A stretch of 64,000 nucleotides of DNA from positions 202,742,001 to 202,806,000 of the forward strand of contig NC_086100.1 in NCBI RefSeq assembly GCF_963921235.1, read 5' to 3'. The translations under genes and the position numbers were made by a program. This DNA comes from Mobula hypostoma. Taxonomy: Eukaryota. Numbering within the stretch: the stretch's first letter is position 1; the number at the start of each line of letters is the position of its first letter. Positions 14,343-26,574 of the stretch are shown here, piece after piece. The notes under the pieces were generated by a model. That model was not told the DNA's origin. It saw nothing but the letters and a program-made list of their open reading frames with translations, and did no database searches.

Positions 14343-14815
14343 TAACTAGGGAGGGGTGGGACCACTGAAGGATAAAAGAGGGAACATTAGCTTGCATGCG
14401 GAGAATGTGGGTGAGGTAATTAGTAGATACATTACCTCAATATTTACCTTGGAGAAGAAAGTGGAGATTATGAAATCAGTGCCAAGAGTATTAGTATGTT
14501 TGAGCGTTTCAAGGTGAAGGAGGAGACAGTGTTAGGTCTCTTAACAAAAATTAAGGTAGACAAGTGCCATGGGCCTGATGGGATATATCCCAGGTTGTTG
14601 AGAACGGTAAGAGAAGATTTTGCTGAAGTGTTGATCAGTATCTTCGTGTCCTCTATAGCCACAGTTGAGGCCCTGGAGGACTGGCAAGTAGCTAATGTTG
14701 TTCATTGTTCAACAAGGAACCAGGATTAATCCAGGAAACTATAGAACGAGGAGTCTCACATCAGTGGTAAGGTAGTTACTGGAGAGAATTCTTCGAGATA
14801 ACATTTGAGTACTTG

Positions 14816-15108
14816 TGACGTGTGGCCAAGTGGTTAGGGTGTTGGACTAACGATCTGAAGGTTGTGGGTTCGAGCCTCGGCCGAGACAGCGTGTGTGTCC
14901 TTAAGCAAGGCACTTAACCACACAATGCTCCAGTCTACCAGCTAAGAATGGGTACCAGCAAAAATGCTGGGGGTTAACCTCGCGATAGACTGGCGTCCAG
15001 AGCGGGGTGGGGGGGGGGGGAGTCTCGTACTCTTAGCCACTTCACGCCACAGAAACCAGCATAAGCACCGGCTTGATGGGCCACAAGGCTCGTGACAGAC
15101 TTTAATCT
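14816..15108 (+). mobile_element. tRNA-derived SINE (tail type 2), inserted in a CR1
   Basis: A box TGGCCAAGTGG, B box GGTTCGAGCC, core GTGTCCTTAAGCAAGGCACTTAACC, then AATGGGTACC...GCTGGGGGTTAACC. Confidence 0.85.
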
Positions 15109-15524
15109 TAATTTGGAAAACCATGGCTTTATGGTCTTGGCCTTATTGTTTCATGGTCCACAAGGTCACCCCTCAGTCTCCTGTGCTCCAAGGAGGAAAC
15201 CTGCCCAACCTCCTTCTTGGCATCATCCTCATAATATACAATGTACTCTTTACAACTTAATGATATCTTTTCTATAATAGGGTGACCAAAACTGAACACA
15301 ATATTCCAAACGCAGTCTTATCGGTGTCCAGTACAACTGCATCATGACCTCCCAATATCTTTACTCAGTGCCCTGACTGATGAAGGCCAGCATGCCAAAA
15401 GCCTTCTTCACTACCTTGTCTACGTCTGAGTCCGTTTTTAGGGAACTCTGTACTTGTACCCGTCAGTGCCCGTTTTACAATAGTCACCAGACCTCTGCAT
15501 TTACTGCTTCAGTCATACCCTGAA

Positions 15525-15925
15525 CAGAGAATTTGGGGAGTTGGGTAGGAAGGTGAAAAGCAGGACCTCCAGGGTAGTAATCTCGAAATTGCTGCATGTG
15601 CCACATGCTACCGAGTGCAAGAATAGCACGATCAGGCTGACTTATGTGTGGCTAACAGACTCGTGTAGGGACCAGGGTTTAGGGTTCCTGGATCATTGGG
15701 GCATCTACTGGGGGAGGTACGACCTATACAAAAAGGACGGGTTACCCCCAAAGGGTCCAATATCCTAGCAGGCAGGTTTAATAGAGCTGTTAGGGAAGGT
15801 TTAAACTAATTTGGCAGGAGGATGGGAAGCGGAGTGATAGGGCTGAGGAAGGGGAAAACAGAAATAAATCAAATATAGCGTGCAACAGAGACGATAGAAA
15901 GGACAGGCAGGAGATGAGACGTAAT
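15525..15925 (+). mobile_element. CR1 ORF1 esterase (SGNH) fragment
   Basis: RTSRVVIS...FLDHWG...YKKDGL, homologous to ORF1 at 60187-60576. Confidence 0.75.
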
Positions 15926-15934
15926 AGGACCCTG

Positions 15935-16505
15935 GGTACAGCTATGTAGGACACTGGTCAGACCCCACTTGGAGAACTGTGCTCAGTTCTGGTCACCTCA
16001 CTACAAGAAGGATGTGGAAACCATAGAAAGGGTGCAGAGGAGATTTACAAGGATGTTGCCTGGATTGGGGAGCATGCCTTATGAGAATAGGTTGAGTGAA
16101 CTCGGTCTTTTCTCCTTGGAGCGACGGAGGATGAGAGGTAAGCTGAAAGAGGTGTATAAGATAATTAGAGGCATTGATCGTGTGGATAGTCAGAGGCTTT
16201 TTCCCAGGGCTGAAATGGTTGCCCAAGAGGACACAGGTTTAAGGCGCTGGGGAGCAGGTACAGAGGAGATGTCAGGGGTAAGTTTTTTACTCAGAGAGTG
16301 GAGAGTGCTTGGAATGGGCTGCTGGCAATGGTGATGGATGCGGATACGATAGGGTCTTTTAAGAGATTTTTGGATAGGTACATGGAGCTTAGAAAACTAG
16401 AGGGCTATAGGTAAGCCTAGTAATTTCTAAGGTAGGGACATGTTTGGCACAACTTTGTGGGCCGAAGGGCCTGTATTGTGCTGTAGGTTTTTTATGTTTC
16501 TATGT
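15935..16505 (+). mobile_element. CR1 3' fragment (same subfamily as 1-1729)
   Basis: QFWSPHYKKDVETIERVQRRFTRMLPGLGSMPYENRL; matching tail. Confidence 0.9.
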
Positions 16506-18235
16506 TATCTGGGTTGAACTCCATCTGCCACTTCTCAGCCCAGTTTTGCATCCTATCAGTGTCCCACTGTAACCTCTGACAGCCCTCCACACTATCCACA
16601 ACACACCAAATCTTTGTGTCATCAGGAAATTTACTAACCCATCCCTCCACTTCTTCATCCAGGTCATTTGTAAAATTCATGAAGAGTAGGGGTCCCAGAA
16701 CAGATCCCTGAGGCACACCACTGGTCACTGGCCTCCATGCAGAATATGACCCATCTACAACCACTCTTTGCCTTCTGTGTGCAAGCCAGTTCTGGATCCA
16801 CAAAGCAAAGTCCCTTTGAATCCCATGCCTCCTTACTTTCTCAATAAGCCTGGCATGGGGTACCTTATGAAATGCCTTGCTGAAATCCATATACACTACA
16901 TCTACTGCTCTACCTTCATCAATGTGTTTAGACACATCCTCAAAAAATTTAGTCAGGCTCATAAGGCACGATCTGTATTTGACAAAGCCATGCTGACCAT
17001 TCCTAATCATATTATGCCTCTCCAAATGTTCATAAATCCTGCCTCTCAGGATCTTCTCCATCAACTTACCAACCACTGAAGTAAGACTCACTGGTCTATT
17101 ATTTCTTGGGCTATATCTACTCCCTTTCTTGAATAAGGGAACAACATCCACAACACTCCAAACCTCCAGAACTTCTCTTGTCCCCATTTTTGATGCAAAG
17201 ATCACTGCCAGAGGCTCAGCAATCTCCTCCCTCACCTCCCACAGTAGCCTGGGGTACATCTCATCCGGTCCCAGTGACTTATCCAACTTGATGCTTTTCA
17301 AAAGTTCCAGCACATCCTGTTTCTTCATGTCTCTATGCTCAAGCTTTTCAGTCTGCTGTAAATCATCCCTACAATCGCCAAGGTCCTTTTCTGTAGTGAA
17401 TACTGAAGCAACGTATTCATTAAGTACCTCTGCTATCTCCTCTGGTTCCATACACACTTTTCCACTGTCACCCTTGATTGGTCCTATTCTCTCACGTACC
17501 AGATCAAGTACAGCTTCAGCTCTTGTAGGCGTATCTACATACTGCTCTTCACATACTTGTAGAATGCCTTGGGGTTTTCCTTAATCCTGCTCGCCAAGGC
17601 CTTCTCATAGTCCCTTCGGGCTCTCCTCATTTCATTCTCAAGCTCCTTCCTGCTAGCCTTATAATTTTCTGGATCTCTATCATTACCTACTTTTTTGAAC
17701 CTTTCGTAAGCTTTTCTTTTCTTCTTGACTAGATTTTCAACAGCCTTTGTGCACCATGGTTCCTGTACCCTACCATCCTTTCCCTGTCTCGTTGGGACAT
17801 ACCTCTGCACAACGCCACACAAGTATCCCCTGAACATTTGCCACATTTCTGTGGTACAGTTCCCTGAGAACATCTGTTCCCAATTTATGTTTCCAAGTTC
17901 CTGCCTGATAGCTTCGTATTTCTCCTTACTCCAATCAAACACTTTCCTAACTTGTCCGTTCCTATCCCTCTCCAATGCTATGGTAAAGGAGATGAATTGC
18001 GATCACTATCTCCAAAATGCTCTCCCACTGAGAGGCCTGATACCTGACCAGGTTCATTTCCCAATACCAAATCAAGTACAGCCTCTCCTCTTGTAGGCTT
18101 ATCTACATATTGTGTCTGAAAACCTTCCTGAACACACGTAACAAACTCTACTCCATCGAAACCCCTTGCTCTAGGGAGATGCCAATCAATATTGGGGAAA
18201 TTAAAATCTCCCATCATGACCACCCTGTTATTATT
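16506..18235 (-). mobile_element. CR1 ORF2 internal fragment (end of endonuclease through RT)
   Basis: ORFs 16492-17457, 17535-17975 and 17978-18223 (GDFNFPNIDW, SGVPQGSVLGP). Confidence 0.92.
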
Positions 18236-18251
18236 GCTTTGAGAATAATTA

Positions 18252-18445
18252 CAGGTACGAGAACGTGCAGGGAATAGAGATACGGATCATGTACAGGTTC
18301 TGGAGAGATACAGAGCATGTACGGGCATGAGAACATACAGAGACTGGAGAGATACGGAACATGTACGGGTATGAGAACGTTCAGGGAATAAGAGAGATAT
18401 GGATTACGTTCGGGTACGAGAACGTGCAAGGAATGGAGATATTAT
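18252..18445 (+). repeat. Degenerate tandem repeat of about 44 bp (4-5 copies)
   Basis: Recurring GTACG..GAGAACGT.CAGGGAAT..AGAGATA, running into a CR1-type 3' UTR. Confidence 0.6.
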
Positions 18446-18602
18446 GTACAGGCAGGAGAGATTTAGTTCAACTTGGCTTCATGTTTGGAAGTGACATTGT
18501 GGGTCATGGGGCTGTGCTGTATCACTTTATGTTCTCTGTTCTCTTCAAGAATATTTATAGGACACAGATGAGCTGACTGGTATCGCGCAATTTTCCACTT
18601 AC

Positions 18603-18720
18603 AACACAACAGCACTTTCAAAGCAGATGTCAGTGACGGTACGATTCACAATCACCATCTCCGTGTCGTAAATGTCACAACCAATCTGCATCAGGCCGAA
18701 TACTGCATAATGATGAACGT
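18603..18720 (-). CDS. RTKN: Rhotekin coding exon, 118 bp (absent from the ORF track)
   Basis: Hand translation gives (D)VHHYAVFGLMQIGCDIYDTEMVIVNRTVTDICFESAVV(F). Acceptor ttcttcacag, donor gtaagt, phases consistent. Confidence 0.92.
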
Positions 18721-20492
18721 CTGTGAAGAACAAGAACAAGATTTTGCAGAAGTGGCAACACTATTCAGTTCAGTGGACTGAGAGACCACCAACTCCCCAC
18801 CCCAAACTTTTCATGTCTTCTCTTGTCGGTAACATTTCCATCTCAACAACCTTCCTCATGCTCCACGTCCTCACTCTCCTCCCTTACCTTTTCTTCCCCA
18901 TTCCTACCAGCTTCCCCGATCATTCGTTTCCCTCCACTCACTGTCTTCTTCGAACTTTTCATATTTCCCTTTCTGCACTTGTCCATGATTTCTTCACTTG
19001 CAGTCCCCAGTCTGTCCGAATCGGCAACATCTGCTCCACAATTTTCATCAGCACAGATGCCCCACAAGGCTGCATTCTCAGCCCCTGCTCAACTTGCTTT
19101 ATACTTACAAACGTGAGGCTAACCACAGCTCCAAAGCCATGTTTAGTTTGCTGACGACATGATAAGACCATATCGCAGCAGAATCAAGCCATTTGCTTCA
19201 TCATGGCTGATCCATTTTCCCTCTCAAAACCAACCTCTTGCCTTCCACCCGTGTCCTTTCATGCCCTGACTAATTAAAAATCTATCAACCTCTGCCCTGA
19301 ACGTACCCAGTGATTTAGCCTCCACAGCTGCCTGTGGCAACGAATTCCACAGAGTAACCACTCTCTGGCTAAGGAAATATCTCTGTTCTAAAATTACTAC
19401 CCTCAATTCTGAAGCTGTTTCTTCTGGTCTTAGACTCACCTGCTACAGGAAACATCCTCTTCACATCCACTCTATCAAGGCCTTTCAATATTCAATATGT
19501 TTCTGTTAGGTCACCCCTCATTCTTCTGAATTCCAGTGAATACAGGCCCAGATCCATCAAATGCTCTTCATATGACAAGCCATTCAATCCTGGAATCATT
19601 TACCTGAACCATCTTTAAACCCTCTCCAGTGTTAGCACATCTTTTCATCATTTAGAGGCCCACAACTACTCCAAGTGAGGCCTCACCAATGTTTTATAAA
19701 GCCTCAACATTACATCCTTGCTTTTATATTCTAGTCCTTTTGAAATGAATGCTAAAATCACATATGCCTTCCTCACCACCGACTCATCCTGCAAATTAAC
19801 ATTTAGGGAATCCTGCACAAGGACTCCTAAACCTCTGCACCTCAGATTCTTGAATTTTCACTCCAGTCAGAAAACGATCTACACCATTACTACTTCTACC
19901 AAAGTGCATGACCACACACTTCCCGATAATGTATTCCATCTGCCACTTCTTTGCCCATTCTCCTCATCTGTAGAAGTCCTTCTGCAGCCTCTCTGGAGAC
20001 AGAGAACAGCACAGAAACTGGCCCTTTGGCCTATCTAGTCAATGCCAAAACCATTTAAATGGCCTACTTCCATCGACCAGCACTGGACCATACCTTCCAC
20101 ACCTCTTCCATCTATGAACTTATCCAAACCTCTTAAGTTTTGAAATCGAGCTTGCATGCACCACTTCTGCTAGAAGCTCATTCCACACTCTCACATCCCT
20201 CTGAGTGAAGAAGATTCCCCTCATGTTCCCCTTAAACTTTTCACCTTTCACCCTAATCAATGACCTCTGGTTGTAGTCCCACCCAATCTCAGTAGAAACA
20301 GCCTGCTTGCATTAACCCTATCTATGCCCCTCATAATTTTGTATACCTCCATCAAATCTCCTCTCAACCTTCTACTCTCTAAAGAATACAGTCCTAATGT
20401 TTTCAATCTTTCCATATAATTCAGGTCCTCCAGATCCAGCAACATCCTTGTAAATTTTCTCTGTGTTCTTTTAACTTTGTTTACATCTTTCC

Positions 20493-20783
20493 AGTGCGGC
20501 CAGGTGGTTAAGGCATTGGACTAGTGACCTGAAGGTCGTGAGTTTGAGCCCCAGCCGAGGCAACGTGTTGTGTCCTTGAGCAAGATACAGTGCTCTGTGA
20601 TGACACTGGTGCCAAGCTGTATGGGTCCTAATGCCCTTCCCTTGGACAACATTGGTGTCGTGAGAGGGGAGACTTGCAGCATGGGCAACTGCTGTACAAC
20701 CTTGCCCAGGCCTGCACCCTGGAGAGTGAAGACTTTTCAGGCACAGATCTATGGTCTTCCAAGACTAACGGATGCCTTTTTCA
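20493..20783 (+). mobile_element. tRNA-derived SINE (tail type 3) with 10-bp TSD
   Basis: Close match to 32938-33249; ACATCTTTCC at 20483-20492 and 20784-20793. Confidence 0.88.
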
Positions 20784-20896
20784 ACATCTTTCCTGTACGT
20801 AGGTCACCAAATTTGCACACAATACCCCAAAACTAGGCCTAACCAACATCTCATACAATTTCACCATAACATTCCGGACATCCTTGTATCCATGAC

Positions 20897-21610
20897 AGGA
20901 TACTTGGTAGTGTGGAGGAGCAGAGGGATCTGTGGGTACATGTCCACAGATCCCTGAAAGTTGCCTCACAGGTGGATAGGGTAGTTAAGAAAGCTTATGG
21001 GGTGTTAGCTTTCATAAATCGAGGGGTAGAGTTTAAGAGTCGCGATGTAATGATGCAGCTCTATAAGACTCTGGTTAGGCCACACTTGGAGTACTGTGTC
21101 CAATTCTGGTCGCCTCACTATAGGAAGGATGTGGAAGCATTGGAAAGGGTACAGAGGAGATTTACCAGGATGCTGCCTGGTTTAGAGAGTATGCATTATG
21201 ATCAGAGATTAAGGGAGCTAGGGCTTTACTCTTTGGAGAGAAGGAGGATGAGAGGAGACATGATAGAGGTGTACAAGATAATAAGAGGAACAGATAGAGT
21301 GGACAGCCAGCGCCTCTTCCCCAGGGCACCACTGCTCAATACAAGAGGACATGGCTTTAAGGTAAGGGGTGAGAAGTTCAAGGGGGATATTAGAGGAAGG
21401 TTTTTTACTCAGAGAGTGGTTGGTGCGTGGAATACACTGCCTGAGTCAGTGGTGGAGGCAGATACACTAGTGAAATTTAAGACGCTACTAGACAGGTATA
21501 TGGAGGAATTTAAGGTAGCGGGTTATATGGGAGGCAGGGTTTGAGGGTTGGCACAACATTGTGGGCCGAAGGGCCTGTACTGTGTTGTACTATTCTATGT
21601 TCTATGTTCA
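20897..21610 (+). mobile_element. CR1 3' fragment of a young subfamily (FPRAPLLNTRGH)
   Basis: Uninterrupted 210-aa ORF; highly similar to 41995-42430 and 55375-56080. Confidence 0.92.
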
Positions 21611-21804
21611 TTCCATCTCTTGTGCTCAATACATTGTTTTATGAAGGCCAACGTGCTGAAAGCTTTCCTTATGACCCTCTCTACCTGTGACGCCACTTTC
21701 AATAAATTAGGGACCTGTATTCCCAGATACCTTTGTTCTATCACACTTCTCAGTGCCCTACCATTCATTTTGTAAGACCTACACTGGTTGATCCCTAACC
21801 CTAA

Positions 21805-22715
21805 CCTCCAATGGGATCCCACCACTAAGCACATCTTTCCCTCAACCCCCCCCCCCCGCTTTCCGCAGGATTTGCTCCCTACATGACACCCTTGTCCATT
21901 CATCCCCCACATCCCCTCCCACCGATCTCCCTCCCGGCACCTATCCGTGTAAGCGGAACAAGTGCTACACATGCCCTTACACTACCTCCCTTACCACCAT
22001 TCAGGGCCCCAAACAGTCCTTCCAGGTGAGGCGACAACTCACCTGTGAGTCGGCTGGGGTGATATACTGTGTCCAGTGCTCCCGATGTGGCCTTCTATAT
22101 ATTGGTGAGACCCGACGCAGACTGGGAGATCGTTTCGCTGAACACCTACGCTCTGTCCACCAGACAAAGCAGGATCTCCCAGTGGCCACACATTTTAATT
22201 CCACGTCCCATTCCCATTCTGATTATGTCTATCCACAGCCTCCTCTACTGTAAAGTTGAAGCCACACTCAAATTGGAGGAACAACACCTTATATTTCGTC
22301 TGGGTAGCCTCCAATCTGATGGCATGAACATTGACTTCTCTAACTTCCGTTAATGCCCCACCTCCCATTCGTACCCCATCTCTTATTTATTTAGTATTTT
22401 TTTTCCCTCTGTCCCTCTCACTATAACTCCTTGCCCATCCTCTGGGCTTCCCCCCACCCTTTCTTTCTCCCGTCCCATGATCCTCTCCCTTCTCCAGCCT
22501 TGTATCCCTTTTGCCAATCACCTGTCCAGCTCTTAGCTCCATCCCTCTCCCTCCTGTCTTCTCCTATCATTTCGGATCTCCCCCTCCCTCTCCCACTTTC
22601 AAATCTCTTACTAGCTCTTCTTTCAGTTAGTCCTGACGAAGGGTCTCAGCCTGAAACGTCGACCGTACCTCTTCCTAGAGATGCTGCCTGGCCTGCTGCA
22701 TTTTTTGTGTGTGTG
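21805..22715 (+). mobile_element. Penelope-like element 3' part (GIY-YIG endonuclease and pseudo-LTR)
   Basis: CESAGVIYCVQCSRCGLLYIGETRRRLGDRFAEH, followed by a pyrimidine-rich pseudo-LTR. Confidence 0.9.
22629..22664 (+). ncRNA. Minimal hammerhead ribozyme motif, intact core
   Basis: AGTC-CTGACGA-AGG GTCTCAG CCT-GAAA-C GTC-GAC. Confidence 0.75.
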
Positions 22716-23649
22716 ACACCTCACAGTTGTCTGCATTAAATTCTATCTGCCATTTTTCAGCACATTTTTCCAGAGGATACAGATCCCTCTGCAAGCCATG
22801 ATAGTCTTCCTCGCTGTCCACTACACCCCCAAACTTAGTGTCATCCACAAATTTGCTGATCCAATTGACCAAAATATCATCCAGATCATTGATATAGATG
22901 ACAAACAACAAAGGATCCAGCACCAATTCCTGCAGCACTCCACTAGTCACAGACCTCCAGTCGAACAGGCAACCATCTACCACTCTCCAGCTACTGTACT
23001 CCCTCAAAGCCAACGTCCAATCCGATTTACCATCTCATCTTGAACATCGAGTGACTGAACTTTCTTGACCAACCTCCTATGGGGGACTTAATCTACTTCT
23101 TCAAAACTACCTGCCCCTCCACACATCTTCTGTAAACTTTGGCACAATGCCATTAATTCCAACATCGAAATCACTGACATATAATGTAAAAAGAAGCGGT
23201 CCACACACTGTGGAATACCGTTAGTCACTGGCAGCCAACCAGAAAAGGCTCCCTTTATTCCTCCTGCCAATCAGCCAATCCCTGATCCATGCTAGTATCT
23301 TTCCCATAATATCAAGGGCTCTTAACTTGTTAAGCAGCCTCATGTCTGGCAGCTTGTCAAAGACCTTCTGAAAATCTAAATAAACAGAATCCGCCAATTT
23401 TCCTATGACTACCTTGCTTGTTATTTCGGCAAAGAATTCCAAGAGGTTTACCAGAGAAGATTTTCCCTTGAGGAAACCATGCTGACTAAGGCCTATGTTA
23501 TGTATCCCTAAGTACCCCAAAATCAAATCCATAACAATCAACTCCAACATTTTCCCAACCACTGAGGTCAGACTAACTGGCCCATAATTTCCTTTCTTCT
23601 GCCTCTCTTCCTTCTTGAAAAATGGAGTGACATTTGCAATTTTCCATTC

Positions 23650-24560
23650 ACTGTCATCGGCTGAATCAAAGGTGATGAATCAGCATTTAGGAAGCAGATT
23701 AAAAGTCTGGCTGAGTGATGGCACAACAACCTCCCACTCAATGTCAGCAAGACCACGGAGCTGAGTATTGACTTCAAGAGGGGGAAACCAGAGGTCAATA
23801 AGCGAGTCCTCATCATTGCATCTGAGGTGGAGAGAATCAGCAACTTTAAATTCTCAATGTTATTATTTCATGAGGATCTGTTCTGAGCCCAGCACGTCAG
23901 TGTAGTTCCAAACAAAGCACAGCAACCCCTCTACTTCCTTAGAAGTTTGTGAAGTTTCGGCATGACATCAAAAACTTCGACAAACTGTTACAGACGTATG
24001 GTGGAGAGAGTATAATAACCGGCTGCATCATGGCCTGGTATGGAAATAGCATTACCCTTGACCAGAAAAGCCTACAAAAAGTAGTGGATACCATCCAATC
24101 CATAACAGGGAAAGCCCACCCCACCATTGTGCGCATCTACACGGAGAGTTGTTGCAGGAAAGCAGCACCCCTATCATCAGGGTCCCCCACCACCCAGGGC
24201 ATGATCTCTTCTCACTGCTGCCGCCAGGACCCTCGCCGCCAGGTTCAGGAACAGTTATTACCCCTCAACCATCAGGCTCTCGGGGATAACTTCACTCCTT
24301 CCCATAACCTATAGAGTTACTTTCAAGGACTCATCCCATGCTCTTGATATTTATTGCTTATTTATTGGTGTTTTTTTTTTCATTTCTATTTGCAGAGTTT
24401 GCTGTCTTTTGCACATTGGCTGTCCATCCTGTTGGGTGCAGTCTTCGATGATTCAATGACGTTTCCTGGATTTACTGAGCATGCTGACAAGAAAATAATT
24501 CTCAGGGTTGTATATGGTGACATACTGTATAAGTAGTTAGATAATAAATTTACTTTGAAT
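23650..24560 (+). mobile_element. Rex1/Babar-type LINE 3' fragment, degenerate
   Basis: ESIITGCIMAWYGN...KSLQKVVDTIQSITG. Confidence 0.75.
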
Positions 24561-24642
24561 CTTGCTTCCATCCTGTTCTCCTTCTCAAACTCTCCCAGAC
24601 ATCACCACCTGCATTCACTTGGAAACACACTGTAGATCTTAC

Positions 24643-24696
24643 CTCCTTTATTTCTGAAGTAATCAGTGTCTTTCCACATCAAAGGAATTCGAAGAT
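24643..24696 (-). CDS. RTKN: Rhotekin coding exon, 54 bp (anillin-homology region)
   Basis: (D)LRIPLMWKDTDYFRNKG, a hallmark rhotekin motif. Acceptor ttaacag, donor gtaaga. Confidence 0.95.
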
Positions 24697-26574
24697 CTGT
24701 TAATAAAAACAAAACATTGTAATCCCACAAAGCGGCTCCTGCATTCCATTCTGTGATACAGAATGGTAGCAGACCCTTTTGGTGCAACAAACCTGCACTG
24801 CGCATTGGTGTCTTGCAAATATACTCCTGCATTCAGTTGTATTCCCACTCACTCCCCAACTCTTCTCATCCCTTCAGTGTTCAAAATATTCTCAACCCTC
24901 TTACCAACTTCCTCAGCACTAGGTCTGTCAAACTCTGCCCAGAATGGACACAGCTACAGCCAATTATTTTAAACATCCTAATTCCAAGGAGACACAGAAA
25001 GCACAGGTGCTAGATGCTTTCAACAGTGCCTGGGTGCAAGCTTGTCAGAATATTTGCTTATGTACCAAATTTCCTTCAGCTTCGAAGGAAGTGGAGGTGT
25101 GGCTGCTCTTTCATTGTGATTGCATCTATTTGATAAGCTAGGATGGGTCACCTGAAATGTTAACACCCTGGAACTGAAAATGCTAACTTTCTCCACCGAC
25201 CCACCAATGAGGAATGGTATGTGGCCTCCTTGACTTCTCCCACAGATGCTGCTCGATCCTCTGAATTCCTCCAGCACCAGGGTTTTTGCACCTTAGTTCA
25301 ATCACTGAACCAAAATCTACTAAACAGTTGTTTATGTGCTCAGACAGCTCTCCTCAGGTGGAGGGTTCCAAAAGGTCCCTACCCTCTTGTTTCCCCATCC
25401 TCCTGATACTGATAGTCTGGAACCTGGGAGTCACTTTACTCATGATGAAGACCGAGGAGATAACTTTTCAACATCTACCTCACCATCCTCTTGGAACTTT
25501 ACAATGCTCATGATCCCCAGCTCCAGGACAGACAGCCACTGTCACCCAGTCTCGCCTCAAATATCAATCTACCCATCGCAAGATTCAATACAGTAAATAT
25601 ACTGCATACTGCTCCAATCTTCTCCTTCAACATCCTCTCACGCCTAACAACTATTTCTCTGCCTGCAGTCCTACACATAGTGACACACAGTACAAAAACA
25701 GCATGTTCAGCATCTGCTCTCACTGACAATAAGCATTAGAATATTTATACTAATCCCATTTACCCCTTATATTTAATCAATTTTCTGCAGTTTCCACATG
25801 TACCCTCCCCACAACACCACAGTCTCTCCTGCTGTCCACGCTTGGAATTGTTAACTTACCTCAGTCAATTGACCCACCAACCCACATATCTTGGGCACTT
25901 GAAAGGGAAACAGCCACCCAGCGAAAATCACTTGGTCAGAGGAAGAATGTTCAAGACCAAAAGACATAGAACATTCAGCCCATCAAGTCTGCTCTGCCAT
26001 TCCATCATGGCTGACTTGTCATCCCTTGCAACCCCATTTGACAACCTTCTTCCCATCGCCTTTGACACCCCGACTAATCAAGAACTCATCAATCACCACG
26101 GTCACCTGTGGCAATGAATGCCACAGGTTCAGCACCCTCTGGCTAAAGAAATTCCTCCTCATCTCTGTCCTCAATGGATGCCATTCGATGCTGAGGCCCC
26201 AGACTCACCCTCTGCAGAAAATATCCTCTCCACATCCACTCCATCTCGGCCTTTCAATATTCAACACAAACAGCAGCTGGTAGTGGGAGTGAGGAAAGAG
26301 TCAAAGTGAGGCAGCATTGCAAAAGGCCTTTCGGCCCAACCTTTCCATACTAACCAAGCTGTCTACTTCAACTGGTTGCATTTCCCCATACTTTGTCCAT
26401 ATCCCCCAAACCTTTTCTATCTATGTTACATCTAAATGTCTCATAAACGTTATAATTCTTTGTGCCTCAATCATTTCCTCTGGCATCTCATTCCATATTC
26501 TCACCACCCACTTTCCTCTCAATTATAATTCAGGCCCTTTAGTTTAAGACCACCTGCCCTGGGATTAAGACCGT

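Larger units (their letters stand above)
19160..23645 (-). mobile_element. Stack of minus-strand CR1 fragments hosting a SINE, a plus-strand CR1 and a Penelope insertion
   Basis: Minus ORFs 20257-20445, 22675-23013 and 23221-23562 carry CR1 RT motifs; the host sequence resumes after each insert. Confidence 0.8.

Noticed and set aside
21793..21806. Telomeric CCCTAACCCTAACC at the 5' junction of a Penelope element
   Set aside because: Part of it is explained by the flanking CR1 (..CCTA) and Penelope (CCTCC..) sequence, leaving about one hexamer, which is too little to infer telomerase involvement.
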